Below, piece by piece: positions 1-12,310 of a stretch of 64,000 bases of DNA. Origin of the DNA: Felis catus (lineage: Eukaryota); assembly GCF_018350175.1 (NCBI RefSeq), contig NC_058368.1, positions 193,814,001-193,878,000 of the forward strand, given 5' to 3'. The translations under genes and the position numbers were made by a program. The notes beneath the pieces were generated by a model that worked only from the letters and a program-made list of their open reading frames with translations, did no database searches and was not told where the DNA came from. How positions within the stretch are numbered: the first letter of the stretch is position 1; each line of letters opens with the position of its first letter.

Positions 1-19
1 ATTCTTATGTGTAAAATAA

Positions 20-558
20 AACACAAACTCCCATGTGGCCTACAAGACCTTTCACCATCTGGCCCTCTGCAAACCCAATTCCTAGCCTCATCCTGTATTT
101 ACTGTGTTCCAGTCATACAGACTTGTCTTCTTTTCCTTGAAAACTCCAAGCTTGTTTCCACCTTGACAACCTTTGATCTTTCTGTCAGTACCCCCTGAAA
201 GGTTCATCACTCCAGACCTTCACATGCAAGGTTCCCTCTCATTCAGTCCTCAATTCAAATGATGCTGCATTATTAAAGGCCACTCTTGACCCACTGTCCA
301 AAGCACACCCCCTACAACATGTCCACCTCTAGTCCTTAACTTGGGTGTTTTTTTTTTTTTTTTTTTTTTATGGCATTAGTCACTATCTGACATTATCCCA
401 CTTACCCTTGGCTTCTTGTACTGTACTGTCAGCCTCCTGTTCCCCATCCCCACTAAAATTCAAGAGCTATGAGGCCAGTAATTTTGTCTTATTGCCCCTA
501 GAATAGTACATTTCTCAGAGTAGGTACTCAGGGAATATGTGTTGGATAAGTGGATGGA
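20..558 (+). mobile_element. L2 LINE 3' end (L2a/b-like), with an internal poly-T tract
   Basis: Typical L2 3' motifs (tggcctacaagacc, ccagaccttcacatg, gtaggtactcag...gttggataagtggatg). Confidence 0.7.
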
Positions 559-1134
559 AATAGGAAAGAAAGTGAAAGATAGAAGGAAAATAAGGGTGAA
601 GGAGAGGGAGACAGTCGGGGAAATTAACACTATTGACAAGTCATATACCTTTGTACTCATGTGATATAACTTAATCTTCACAGCTGTCCTGCATGGAAAT
701 GGAGGGAAAATACACTGCCTATGATTTGAATCTAGCCTTTATGGCTTCAAAACTCAGAGTAGTTAAATACCTTGTTGAGCAGGTCTGAGTACAGGCAGGT
801 ATAATGTGATGCCATCTAAGTGGAGAGTCAATTTCAGTAACAGGAAGAAGGATGCGGTTTGAAAAGTGGTAGAAATGGCTTCCAACACAGTGATTCCTGG
901 ACCCGATGATGATTTAACCACACTCTATCAGAGCCTGAGGCAGTAGCTTTAAGAATTTGATCCCTATTTTTAAAGCAAATTCATCTAAGAGGAGTAAGGC
1001 TTATAGCTCTTCTTTCTTTTATATGTCTTTGTGAATAACATTACCATCAGTGAGTTTAAATGTGTGTTGAGAGATAGAAGGTGAGGACAGAGGGGCAGAC
1101 TCTGAAAGACAGTGTAAAGAGGGATTTTGAACTC

Positions 1135-1287
1135 TGGCTGCACACTACAGCTATTGGGAAGATTTTTAAAAATATTCATGTCCAGGCCCATTCCAAGTTT
1201 CTGATTCAATTGGTCTGGGGTGAGGCCTGAGCTAAGATATATTTTGAAAACTCTCACAAGGTTATATGGTATAGCCAGAGTTGAAAA
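1135..1287. mobile_element. MER5-family hAT-Charlie MITE
   Basis: ttctgattcaattggtctggggtgaggcctg...agccagagttgaaaa resembles the MER5 core. Confidence 0.6.
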
Positions 1288-1491
1288 AAAAAATCTAAAG
1301 AGTGGGTTCCAAGAACATGCAACTTGTTCCAAGGCATCTCTCTTATTGTTTGGTATTTTTGCGGGGGGATCTGCCAGGCAGTTGACAATCACTGAAAGCC
1401 AGCTACATACAAGATGTGGAGACAGAAGCTGTGAAGGATGATATAGAAGTTTCTCAGACCAGCCCCTCACTCACCCTGAGGACATTACAAA

Positions 1492-1612
1492 ACAATATAT
1501 GGACTGTAGGCAATATAATAAATATATAAAAATAATTATATATATTATATATCAAATTATATCAAAATATATCAATTATATATCAAAATAAATATAATAA
1601 AATATCAAATAC
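1492..1612. repeat. AT-rich low-complexity (ATATA/ATCAA) repeat
   Basis: Degenerate atata/atatcaaa units seen directly. Confidence 0.8.
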
Positions 1613-1629
1613 ATGTTAATAGTTTAGAA

Positions 1630-1840
1630 CAGGGTTTCTCAACCTTGACACTGGTGACATTGCGTGCCAGACAATTCTGTGTTGTAGGGGTGCCTGCACA
1701 TCTCAGATATCTAATGGCATTCTTGGCCTCTACTCACTAGATGCCAGTGGTTCCTGTTCCCAATTGTGACAACCAGGAGTATTTCCAGATATCGCCAGCT
1801 GTCGCCTGGAGAGTAAAACCATCCAGGTCGAAAATATCTG
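1630..1840 (-). mobile_element. MER20 (hAT-Charlie)
   Basis: cagggtttctcaaccttgacact...ggcctctactcactagatgccag...ttgtgacaacc matches the MER20 reverse complement. Confidence 0.85.
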
Positions 1841-3119
1841 TGGTTATAGTGATCACACAGGGATCAAAACTCCTGTGGAGAGGTGTCAGTTTAACAGAAT
1901 CCTTAGATGGGTAAGATGTCCATGAATATAAAAGAAAAGTGAAAATAAGTATGCATTGAATTCTTAAAATATATGCATGATGAAATTTTGGAGATACTAT
2001 TTGGTGTTTTAATTCTACTCTTGTTTCCCTTTTATTCCAAGTGTAGAGTTAAACAACTTTTAATAAACCATTTAAAACTAGGGGTGGGAATGACAACAGA
2101 GGTGGAGGCAGAAAAAAAAAAGCCTAATCCCAGTAAGATGACCCCAAAGAAACACTGATTATGAATGTTGTGAAGGCCAAAGGAGACCATTGAAGTTTCA
2201 TTATTTGGAACAGAAGGGGATAGAAGCTTTGTATTTCAAAAGCAGAAAATGGGTAGCCCTTTTCCTAGGGGTGAGGGCTTGGTTGGTGTTACCCTGTGGG
2301 ACTCTGACAGGAGATAGATTTATGTGGGCTTCTGGAGGAGAGACCCAAATCTCTCAGTGTACTGCCCTTGAGGTTATAACACCTCTAATGGGTGATACCT
2401 GAATGGATGTTTGTGGGGACTGGACACTCATCACCTTGACCTTGGCAGCTGGGCTGTTCTCCAGAAGTGGGGAGATTGACAGCTCGATCTTCATTCAAGT
2501 TACCTTCCTTTAATTGACTGCTGAATTACCAGCAAACATGCAATACAAAGAAAACACACCAGAGAAAAAAACAAGTGAGCAACGCAGCTTCCAGAATCAA
2601 TGCAAGTGACACAGAGTGAGGTACCCCCCCCATACCTCCTACCTTCCCACCAGGTTAGAGGAATAAAGGAACCATGAGTTCTATGCCTTTTGCCACAGGT
2701 GCACTTTAAAGGGCCTTTGACCACATTATGAGGCAATTCCTTTCTGAATATCAGTTATGTATTCCTTATCTACTGGCTAGAGTGGGACCCAAGAAGATCC
2801 TAAAGTGACCATGCCAAAGCATAATGATGGCAATACTAAAGCCCTGAAAACCACAGAGACTTTGCCCCCCCCCCCCACTTTTTTTCTGGAATACTTGAAG
2901 CCTAGGAAATTTTATAACTCAAGGTAGTGGTAGAGCAATTGGGGGACTGATGAATATTGAAGCCAATGGGGATTCAGGGCTGGATTGATTTGATCTAAGA
3001 AAATAAGGTTATATTATCTCTTGTACTTAAGTATATGAAGTAATTAGTTCCTATTATAATAATTATTCTGCTTTTAGATTTTTATCCTAATGAACCAAAC
3101 ACAATTGTTTAAAAATTTA

Positions 3120-3870
3120 GCTAAAGAGATGTTTATTATACAGAGAATTACAGTGAAAAAATGAAAATATCTAGGTGTTCATCAATAGAGTATCAGTTAA
3201 GTACATATTAGGTCATTTACACAAAGTGATATACCTACTATAAACATGGTATTATAGAAATACCTTTAATTACTAGGAGGAAGTTAATACTTATTTTAAG
3301 TGGAAAACAGATTACAAATAGTACACATTTTTGAAAAATGAAATGAAGCCCACTTAGTACATATGCATCAAGAAAGAGTCTGGAACATATACAGTATATG
3401 CTTGAACAATGCAGGGGTTAAGGGTGCCAGCCCCAGTGCAGTTGAAAATTCACATATAAGGTTTAACTCCCCAAAAGCATAACTACTGATAGCCTTGACC
3501 TTGACCAGAAGACCTACTGATAACATAAACACTGATTAACACACATTCTGTATATTATATGGATTATATGCTATATTCTCACAAAAAAGTAAGCTAGAAA
3601 AAAGAAAATGCTATTAAGAAAATAAGAAAAAGAATATACATTTATAAGACTGTACTATATAAAAAAATTCCACATATAAGTGGACTGTGCAGTTCAAACC
3701 CATGGTATTCAGTGGTCAACTGTATATTACAGGGTAACAATAGGCATCTCTAGTTGGTGGAATAATATGTTATCTAATTTTCATCGTTTTGCTTGTATGT
3801 TTTTATTCTGATTTCTCAACAGTGAATATATGTTGCTTGTAAAACAAGAAGAAGATATTTTTTAAAAAAT
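3120..3870 (+). mobile_element. Old L1ME-type 3' end, split by a Tigger2 insertion
   Basis: gatgtttatt...ggtgttcatcaatag and the terminal caacagtgaatatatgttgcttgtaaaa. Confidence 0.6.
3392..3722 (-). mobile_element. Tigger2a-like Tc1/mariner MITE
   Basis: TIR-like ends cagtatatgcttgaacaa and gttcaaacccatggtattcagtggtcaactg; TA on both sides (3390-3391, 3723-3724). Confidence 0.85.
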
Positions 3871-4519
3871 AAGAGAATAGGTATCAAAGGAAAAAGAACA
3901 AATCTCACCCAATAGTACTTGACAATACTGAAGAAACATGGATTTGAAAAGGATGACATTCATCCTTGGTGAATGACCCTTCTCTTACCCTTGTTTTCTT
4001 GATAAAACAGCCATGTTGATAGATTGACAATGGGTCCTTTCACCTCCTCTAAAACCATATCTTCTTTCAGCTGCTGAAACTTCCCATTGAGGCCACTCTG
4101 AGCTGACTAAAGGGAAGCATTTTCATTAGAAAGGTTGCCTCTGTTTCTCCAAGAGGAACAAGAGCAGGAGGCTCACCCCCCCAAATTCTTATCCACATAG
4201 TTCTCTTTGAAACTCCCAGAGCATTTATTTTTATAGTGTACAATTCAGCTGGATTGCAGAGCATCTTATACTGTTCTCTAATGGTGTGCAAGTCTCTTCC
4301 CAAAGCTGGATTGAACCTCAAGTTCAGTATCCTTCTTCTACACAATTTGTGTGTTGTTATTATTATTGTTACTATCATTAATATCATTGGTGACAGCTTA
4401 GGGAGAATCTCCCAGGGAGTGGGGTTTGAGTTTTGATGGGATCTGGCTTTGAGGATTTGATAATCAAACTACATTCAGTATAACCAAGAACAAATAGAAA
4501 GTATTACTCTTTCTTAATA

Positions 4520-4770
4520 ATTACAATAATTATTGCTGTGTATTTTATTCTTCCAAACTATTTTCATGGTTCAAATACTACTTCATTAATCCTCATAGAA
4601 GGTGAAGTACGTAGGATAGATGAGTAAGAAATTTCTCCATTTTTGCTGATGAGAAAAATAAAATACAGGGACCATCCAAATGATTTACAATGGATTAGTT
4701 GCAGAACTAAGGCTAGAACACAGGTTTCTAGATTTGATAACCACGATTGTTTTCATAACAGCACAAAACC
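4520..4770 (-). mobile_element. MIR SINE
   Basis: ccatttttgctgatgagaaaa...ggctagaacacaggtttct, MIR core antisense. Confidence 0.55.
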
Positions 4771-5454
4771 ACATTCAGGGCTGAACTTTAATATGTGCTT
4801 GTTCATTTTAGGTTTTTCAAGTCATATAAACAATATTCCTCTCCTCTAACATTTGTAACCTGTGAATCCTTTGTAATGAAGACCAGAGAATTTAAAGATA
4901 GAACAAATATTGGAATGTATCCTTTCCCATAATTCTAAACAAATGTAGAATACACACACAGGTCATTAGTTCAGTTTAATAAAAGTAACAGCATTGTGAA
5001 CATCCACAATGGCAACCCAATAATCTACCAAAGGCAGAGAATTCTAGAAAAATGGATTGGGTGAATGAACCCTAGACCTGATGCTGATTAGGACCTACTT
5101 ATCCCTTCCCAACTCATCTCCTCGCCCAAGACTTTGGCAGAACTTGGCCCTTGGAGAAGTCCCTGAGTCCAGCCACAAGAGCAGAATATACCATGAGGGA
5201 ACTGCCAGCTTTAACACCACAGAAAAACCTATTAACCAGGTGCGATTCAGTACACGGTGAAGGAGAGGAACAAGCAACCTGGGGATTGAGAAACCATTCC
5301 CATTTATAAAACATTATTCAGGAATGCCAAGGAAGGCCTGGGAAAATCAATCCTGCCTTCTTCCTTGGGCAGAGTAGGAGATGGTAAGTACTCATTCCAA
5401 GCTTCTTTGTTTCAGGAGAACTCAAAAGTAATATAAAAGTCAATAGATCTACCT

Positions 5455-5975
5455 CTTAGCTACTCACTGTTAAACCCAGTTCTTACTGTGGACTATGAGG
5501 CTGTGCTGTACTGGCTCTCCATTCTCTCTTTGATATCATTTCTTAGTATCCCCCCTCTCTGTTCTGGTTATGCTGGTCTCTAGGCGGTTTCCCAATCATG
5601 TATGACATCCTCCTGTTTCAGGGCCTTTGCTCTTGCTTAGACCTGTATTCATCCACATATTCATATGATTTAACCCTTTGCCTGCTTCATGTCTTTATTT
5701 CAACATATCTCCTTGGTGAGACCTTGCCTATCAACTGTCTATTCTGTTTACAACTGCACCCCACCTACCACCTCCATGCTCTGTCTTATTCTATAGCACT
5801 AACCACCACTATCTAATAAGTTATGTATTGTACTTTGATCTACTTTGAGGATTTCCTGCCCCCTCACTGACATACACACTTCATGAGAGCAGCAGAGACT
5901 TTTGCCTGTTTGGTCATTGCTGTATTCACATGGCCTCATTTGATATATATTGTCAAATAAGTGAATGAATAAATT
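5455..5975 (+). mobile_element. L2 LINE 3' end
   Basis: tcagggcctttgc, catgagagcag...gacttttgcctgtttgg, terminal aataagtgaatgaat. Confidence 0.7.
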
Positions 5976-7139
5976 ATTGATATGATACATAGGCAGACAA
6001 AAGGCCAGAGAAATGAAGTGACTTTTCCAGGGTGAATAGAGAAGTTTCCTGGCAGAGAGGATCCATCACCCAATAGAACCCAGGTCTCCTGACTTCTCCT
6101 TTGGTTTCTATCTCAGCCACCACATTATGACACATTTCCAAATAGGGAGTCCAGATGTTATTAAACAGCTATGCATTCAAAGATTATAGGAGGACATCTT
6201 ACTTTGGCAAATTAGCCTAGGAACAAAGGAAGAGGAAAAATTCAGTTCTCCAGCTAGAGTAGGCAGTCCCTGCTGATTGGACTTTTAGAATTTGGGTTTT
6301 CCATTCTACTCCTACTCAAGAACTGCTTTTGAATCAGAAAAAATGTAATTTTGCATGATAATGAAAGCACAGTCACTTTCTTATCTGATAGAGAAATTCA
6401 GTAGCTGTTTCATGAACAAAGTATAAATTCAAAAACTAAGGCAGGGATTCTCTACCCTATGGTTTTTTTTTTTTTTTTTTTTTCATAGTAGTAAAGCCCA
6501 CTTTTAGATTCAGGAATCATCCAGTTATAGGAACCTAGCCATGGAGAGCCATGAGGCCCCAGAGAGTATATAGGCTGTGCACAAGTGGTAGTAAGGCACC
6601 CTTTAAGAAGCTGGAAGTCAAAGATGTACACTGCTCTAGAACTAAGTACTTTATCTACACAAAATGGATTAGTACAGAAGTTAGAGGAGTCCCCATAAGG
6701 GGATGGAATATTTCCCAAGCCACAACACAAGTTGATGAATTTTGGTCTGTTATTTCCAGATGTTCTCCATTTGAGCTTCAGTTCTCTGTTAATATAAAGC
6801 AAAGTCAGCCATACCATTTCCCTGCATGAAACACTCCCAATTGCTTCCCACTGACTTACCTCTTCAACCTCATCTCCTTTCACTCTCATGCTCATTTTCT
6901 CTATTCTCCTGGTAGCCTTCCTTTAGTTCCTTACAGAGTCCACACTGTCTTGTGCCTAAAGGTCCTCAGCCACAGGCTGTTTCCTGTGTGGACATCTCAT
7001 AATGGTCTTTCTGAGTAAGTGATCTCAATTTTCAGATTCCAGCTGAGATAGTGCCTTCTCTACCGAGCACCTCCTCCTCTGGCCCTCCAACTGTACATTT
7101 CAGAGCCACTGTAAGAACTATAATAGAACCTTGCTTTAG

Positions 7140-7544
7140 TGTGCAGGATCTCGTCAATCTTCCACTTCAGACCCACTCTCATGCTTTATCATTCTTCTAT
7201 GTGCCACAGAGAGCTGATCTTTGGGCTCTTTGCCCTGTAGTTTCCAGTTTAGTTTTGCCTGGCAGATGAGTGGGATAGGAGGAGAGTGATGGAGAGGGTG
7301 GGCTGCAGTGGGTTGTCTGTGTCTCTCCACCTGAGGCTGTAGCTCCTGTTACGCAGGTCTCCCTACAGTTACCGTCTTTTCTCTTGCCCCTTCAGACCTG
7401 GGGATCCATCCTAAGAGCTCCTGCCTCTTCCCAGCTCCAGGGTACTGCACTATTCCTTATTGGGTTTCCTCCACTCTTTGGGAAACAGCCTCTTTACTAC
7501 CGCTGAACACCTATGCCATTGGTTTCTGTCACCCAACTGATACA
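7140..7544 (+). mobile_element. LTR33-like ERVL solo LTR inside an L2 fragment (about 6810-7720)
   Basis: cagacccactctc, ttgccccttcagacct and the terminal tgccattggtttctg...actgataca. Confidence 0.6.
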
Positions 7545-9106
7545 TTTGTTAGTTACATCCTAATTCCCTGATTTCCTGTCTTGTCTCTCTTCCCTCCCCT
7601 CCTGCTCCACCCTCCCCCTAGATAGTAAATTCCATGAGAGAAAAGACCCTTCTTGTGCCCTTTCATATTCAAGATACTACCCTAATGTCTGATACACTGT
7701 AAATGTCAGGCAAATATTTTTTTTTTCCAACAAACTGAATGTAAAACAACATCTAACAGATTCATTTATGTGTTTATATTTACTTATAAATAAAAAGCAC
7801 ACACGGAGTCTGAGTTTTGGTTTCATTTGAAGGGAGTAAAGATTGTAATAGAACTGTCTTGTAACAAAGATCAAGAATTAAAGAAGGAGAACTGTGGGTA
7901 AGGGAAGAGATTTTTTATTGTTTAAATGCCAGATTGGGAGGAGTAGGAGAAAAGATATGTGCGAAGGATCTTGAGAAGCAGGCACAGATTATTCACTAAG
8001 GAAAAGTGCTGTGAATCAGCCATGGGTGCAATATCTAACAGGGAGCCAAGAAACTGGAGTTTTTGTCTTGATTTAACCCTTCCACTCAGTGGCATTTGTG
8101 AAAGAATTCGTTGTCAAACCCATTATCTTGGTTCACACTTTTTTTGCCACAATAAAATGTCTCTTGGAGAGTTGAGTTAATGTTTTCTGAAAGTGATCTA
8201 CTTAGTTTGCTAATAGAAAGTGGGTTTCATTCTGTCTTGGGACAAACAAGGACAGTTTTATCTTATCTCTCCATCAGATCTCTTTTAAGTTGACTTTCTC
8301 ACAGCATCCACATTCGATAAAGTGTTGTAGATATAAAACAGAATAAGTACTTATTCTGTAATAGGGACTACAAGCAGTTAAAATAATCTAATGCAATTAT
8401 TTAAACTATTTTAAGGTTAAATAATTGAACTGCATACTTCTTGAGCTAGAAAGCGTGATATTGTTGTAAAGCACAATAAAACATCATGTAGTTTTGTAAG
8501 TGATTGTTCATTCATTCATTCACTTATTCTTTTATACTTGTATATACTATAAATACTTGCTGTGTATTTTGTGCCAAAGTGCCAAGGTTTGTGACTTCAG
8601 CAATGACTTCTGCCCATGCAGTATGCAATGTCATGCAAGGTCTCACCTTTGGTCCATGCATCACCCACTAACTCTGGACACAAGCTTGGAAAACACATTT
8701 TCCAAAAGTTCCTGGGAGATTTAATAACCATTAATTGACCTCTGCCGAATTCTGGCAATTTGTGGGCTAGAAAGTTGGACTGGTAGGGAGGAAGTGGTGG
8801 GACCTCTACTACAAAGCACCAAGGATCCTGGATAAAATACAAAGAACATTTCTTTAAATAACCACATCTTTTAGAACTAGCAGCAAATACACAGGATCTA
8901 AATACAAAACGCAGGAATCCAGACTATTAAACCAAGGAATTAAGCCTGGCACAACAACTGCCCTCAGGGATACTGGGAGCCTTAGCCTCTGGTTTCAACA
9001 GTAAAACCAATAGCAGGTGACAAGGCCTTGTAACTACACCTGATGGATATTTGGTAATGAGACCCCACCCCAATGCTTAACCAGCAAAATGAAGACTCTC
9101 AATGGA

Positions 9107-9229
9107 GGGTGACCTTGCTTGTCCAGGACAGTCCTGGTTTATGCCTATTGTCTCTGAATAATTGCTAATAGCACCTGCTTCCCTCTCAGAAATAGGAAAG
9201 TTTGGACAATTAATTACATTGTCATTCTA
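9107..9229 (-). mobile_element. MER94-like hAT-Blackjack MITE
   Basis: agggtgacc...gggacagtcctggtttatgcctattgtc-like interior...gtttggacaattaattacattgtca. Confidence 0.65.
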
Positions 9230-9599
9230 TGCAATGGCTATGTAGTAAAATGATGCACAAGGAAAAAGAAAAAGCACATAGCAATTAAGAGAGACAAACT
9301 GTAACATGTTCATCTTGGCCTTGGTTATGGGTAAAAGAGATTGAAAAATTAATAAAATATGTCCCCTAAAAATTAATAACTAGAGTTGTGTACTTCCTCA
9401 GAATGGGGCCCAAAAAGTTCGATATACATGTTACATGTAAAGCCTGGAAAATCATTCATAATTTCTTTAACCAAATAAAAAATGTTAATAATGTCTTTCT
9501 TTCCCTATTCAGTCTTAACACTATCTTTTCTTTTGTTTTATATTGGGTCATATTTTACAAAATAATTTTGTGTACTAGATTTTTACTAAACATAATGAT

Positions 9600-9795
9600 G
9601 AGTATTTAAATTGTTACCAATGTTTGCTACTAGTGAAAATATCTTAATGGGCATCTTTGAGCACAAATCTTTCCTGACATTTAGGATAGATTCCCTAAAG
9701 TGGAATTACTGGGTCAAAGGATAAGATTGCTGTTAAATTTCTTGACACGCATTATTGCCGATTGGTTTCCAAAAGGGTATATCAATTTTCATTCA
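9600..9795 (-). mobile_element. Old L1 fragment
   Basis: ggatagattccctaaagtggaattactgggtcaaagg is an antisense L1 ORF2-end motif. Confidence 0.65.
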
Positions 9796-10657
9796 CTTTT
9801 TCTTTGAAAGGATTGGGCAGTCATTTATTAAAACATATCCTTGCATAGGTTATGAATATCCAAAGCACTCAGAATCAAATGCTCTTCCTTTACCACTGAG
9901 GGCCCTGCCCAGGAATTATCCATAAATAACTGTTGCGTTCAGGGCCATGAATCTGAGACAGCAAAAGGAAGAGGGAAAAAAATGAAATGAGTCATAGCCT
10001 GTCACTGTGAATCTTGGCAATAGGAATCCTGTAACTCAGACAGTCAAGATATAAAAGGGATATTAAAGCTGTAAATAATTTCAAATTAGCACTATTATCT
10101 ACGTCTTGGGAAGCTTAGCTCTAGCTTTCTGTTAGTAACAGGAGAATTGGGATCCTCCTTCACTATGCTGAAAGAAAGAAAGCCCTCAGGCCCTCTCTGG
10201 AAAAAGAGAATACCCATAGCCCAGTCTAAGGGTAATCTGTGGGTTTTAAAGAACATGGACTCTGTCTGATAAATAAAAATCATCCACTTTATTTGGGAGA
10301 ATCCTGGAATTTACAGATAATTTTGAAGATGGATTTTCCATTACAGAAATGGAAAGAGCCTTATATAAGGGGTACCCTTATATAAGGGTAATAGACAGGG
10401 GTTTTGGTTTTGTTTTTTCCAAAAGTGACCATATGACATTGGATGAAGGTGAGGAGGATCGTAATGACGATGATAAAGATTCATCCAACAGGTATTTATT
10501 CTGTGCCTACAAATGCATTAGACATTAGTCCTGACTCTGGGGATACATTAGTGAACAAAACAAACACTGCCCCAGTGGAACTAGCTTCCATTCCATCCGT
10601 ATGAGGCAGACCAGAAACATGATAAAGAAGTACAGTATATAGTAAGTGACGGGGTGA

Positions 10658-11068
10658 AATGATGGTTAATTCTGTGTGTCAACCTGGCCAACTGTCAAGT
10701 GCCTCGATAGTTGGTCAGATTTCACTCTGGATGTTTCTGTGTGGGTGTTTTTTTAGATGAAATTAACATTGAAAGGGGAGAGTTCTGAGTGAAACAGATT
10801 ACCCTCCATAATGTGAGTTGTCCACCTCCAAGAAGTTGAAGGCCTGAATAGAACAAAGACTAACCTCCACGGGATAAGAAGGAATTCTGCCCGAAGATGG
10901 CCTTTGGACTTTAACTGTAGCATCTGTGCCTCCCTGGGTCTCCCACCTACTGCCTGCAGATTTGGGTCTTGTCAGCTTCATAACTGCGTAAGCCAATCCC
11001 TTAAAATATCTCTCTGTACACACACACACTGGTTGATTCTGTTTCTCTGGAGACCACTGACTAATACA
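10658..11068 (+). mobile_element. MLT2-family (ERVL) solo LTR inserted in an antisense L2 (from about 10480)
   Basis: tgatggttaattctgtgtgtcaacctgg...ttctgtttctctggagaccactgactaataca; 5-bp TSD GGTGA at 10653-10657 and 11069-11073. Confidence 0.88.
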
Positions 11069-11423
11069 GGTGATAAGCATTGTAAGAAATAACAGGAAAT
11101 GGGAAAGAGTGATTGAGAGCCTATTGCTTTTTCCCTCGGATCTTCTGACCTCTTTACCTTCCACTCTGATTCCAAAAATGTGGGTTTCAACTTAGAATCT
11201 GTGCCTGTGTTTTGTTCTATAAGCAATGCAGGTGATTTTAATATACGGTCAGGATTTGGTTTGTTTAAAATAATGTGTCTGGATTAGAATCTGCAAGGTT
11301 TGTTTCCACATGGAGAAGATGATGATGATTGTCTCCTCAGGAGCACAAAATGACTTTGTTTTTCTTTATTATCAGAGTTTATGGTATTTCTGACCTACTA
11401 GGAGCACTAGAAGCTGTGTGGTT

Positions 11424-11601
11424 CAGCAATGCTCAAACTTTAGTGAGGATAAGAATCAGTTGGGATGATGGTTAAACTACAGATGCGTAGGGACCAGCCC
11501 CAGGACTCTGATAGCTAAGCTTGGGCCTAGGATTGTGCATTTCCCTGGCACCCTGGGTGATTGAGTTGCAAATAGATGGACAACCACTCCGAGAAACACT
11601 G
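11424..11601. mobile_element. MER5A-like MITE
   Basis: cagcaatgctcaaacttt...agaatca...gagaaacactg terminal motifs. Confidence 0.7.
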
Positions 11602-11709
11602 GTCCAGTTCACATGCCTCAGCTGAGGCCCAGCACTGAGGTTTACAAAGGGCGACAGTAGTCCCCGTCCTGTCTCGCTCTCTCCTTGTCAGGTCCGGCCT
11701 CTTACCCTC

Positions 11710-11878
11710 CAGCTGGTCTCCCCTAGACCAGCAATATCAGCATCACATGCGGTCTTACAAGAAAAGCAACTTCTTAGACCCAGACCTGGACTCACTGCAT
11801 CAGTAACGCAAGGCCCGGAAATCTGGATTTCACCATCCCTCCAGGTGGTCCTTAGGCATACTGATTTGAGAACCACCA
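11710..11878. mobile_element. MER5A/B-like MITE
   Basis: gaccagcaatatcagcatcac...ccctccaggtg...tttgagaaccac. Confidence 0.7.
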
Positions 11879-11909
11879 CGCTCCCCTGCGTTCCTCTGAG
11901 AGCTGCTGG

Positions 11910-12310
11910 GTCAGCACGTGGCAGTCAGGCAATAGCACGTGCCCTTACTACAGGTGTTAGGAATTTCCTTGATTATATGGCGTGACCCACCCCATGTTAG
12001 CCAGGTATTGTCCATCAGCAGCTCTGAGGTCCTGTTTGACCGAACTGCTGAGTCCTGCTCTTCTTGCCAGTCTTTTTCCAGCCAGTCCTCCCTGTGGACC
12101 CTAATGCCTGCTCGTCCATCTTTCCCTTGATGCTCACAACGTGCACCTACCCTCAGACCAACACCAGGGTGAGTAATTTCTGGTTGTTAGATGTGAAATG
12201 TATCTCATTTATGAAGAGAAACAAGGACTTGTGTCAGAACCCGGCCTAAGAATTTCAAAGCATTCGTACGTGGAGAGTAAGGTACTTTGCCTCTGAATGA
12301 CGCCGGACTT
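11910..12310 (+). promoter_or_regulatory. Candidate enhancer or alternative promoter (E-box pair, XRE-, HRE- and NF-kB-like motifs)
   Basis: CACGTG at 11915 and 11936, TGGCGTG at 11978, TACGTG at 12267, GGAATTTCC at 11960; locally retained CpGs; donor AGG|GTGAGT at 12168/12169. Confidence 0.35.

Noticed and set aside
985..1470. Longest ORF (161 aa, minus strand)
   Set aside because: Runs through a MER5 fossil, has no recognisable domain and has chance-like composition.
6452..6895. 147-aa minus-strand ORF ending in poly-Lys
   Set aside because: The poly-Lys comes from a T tract, the ORF starts in an L2 fragment, and I recognise no homology or TSD for a retrocopy.
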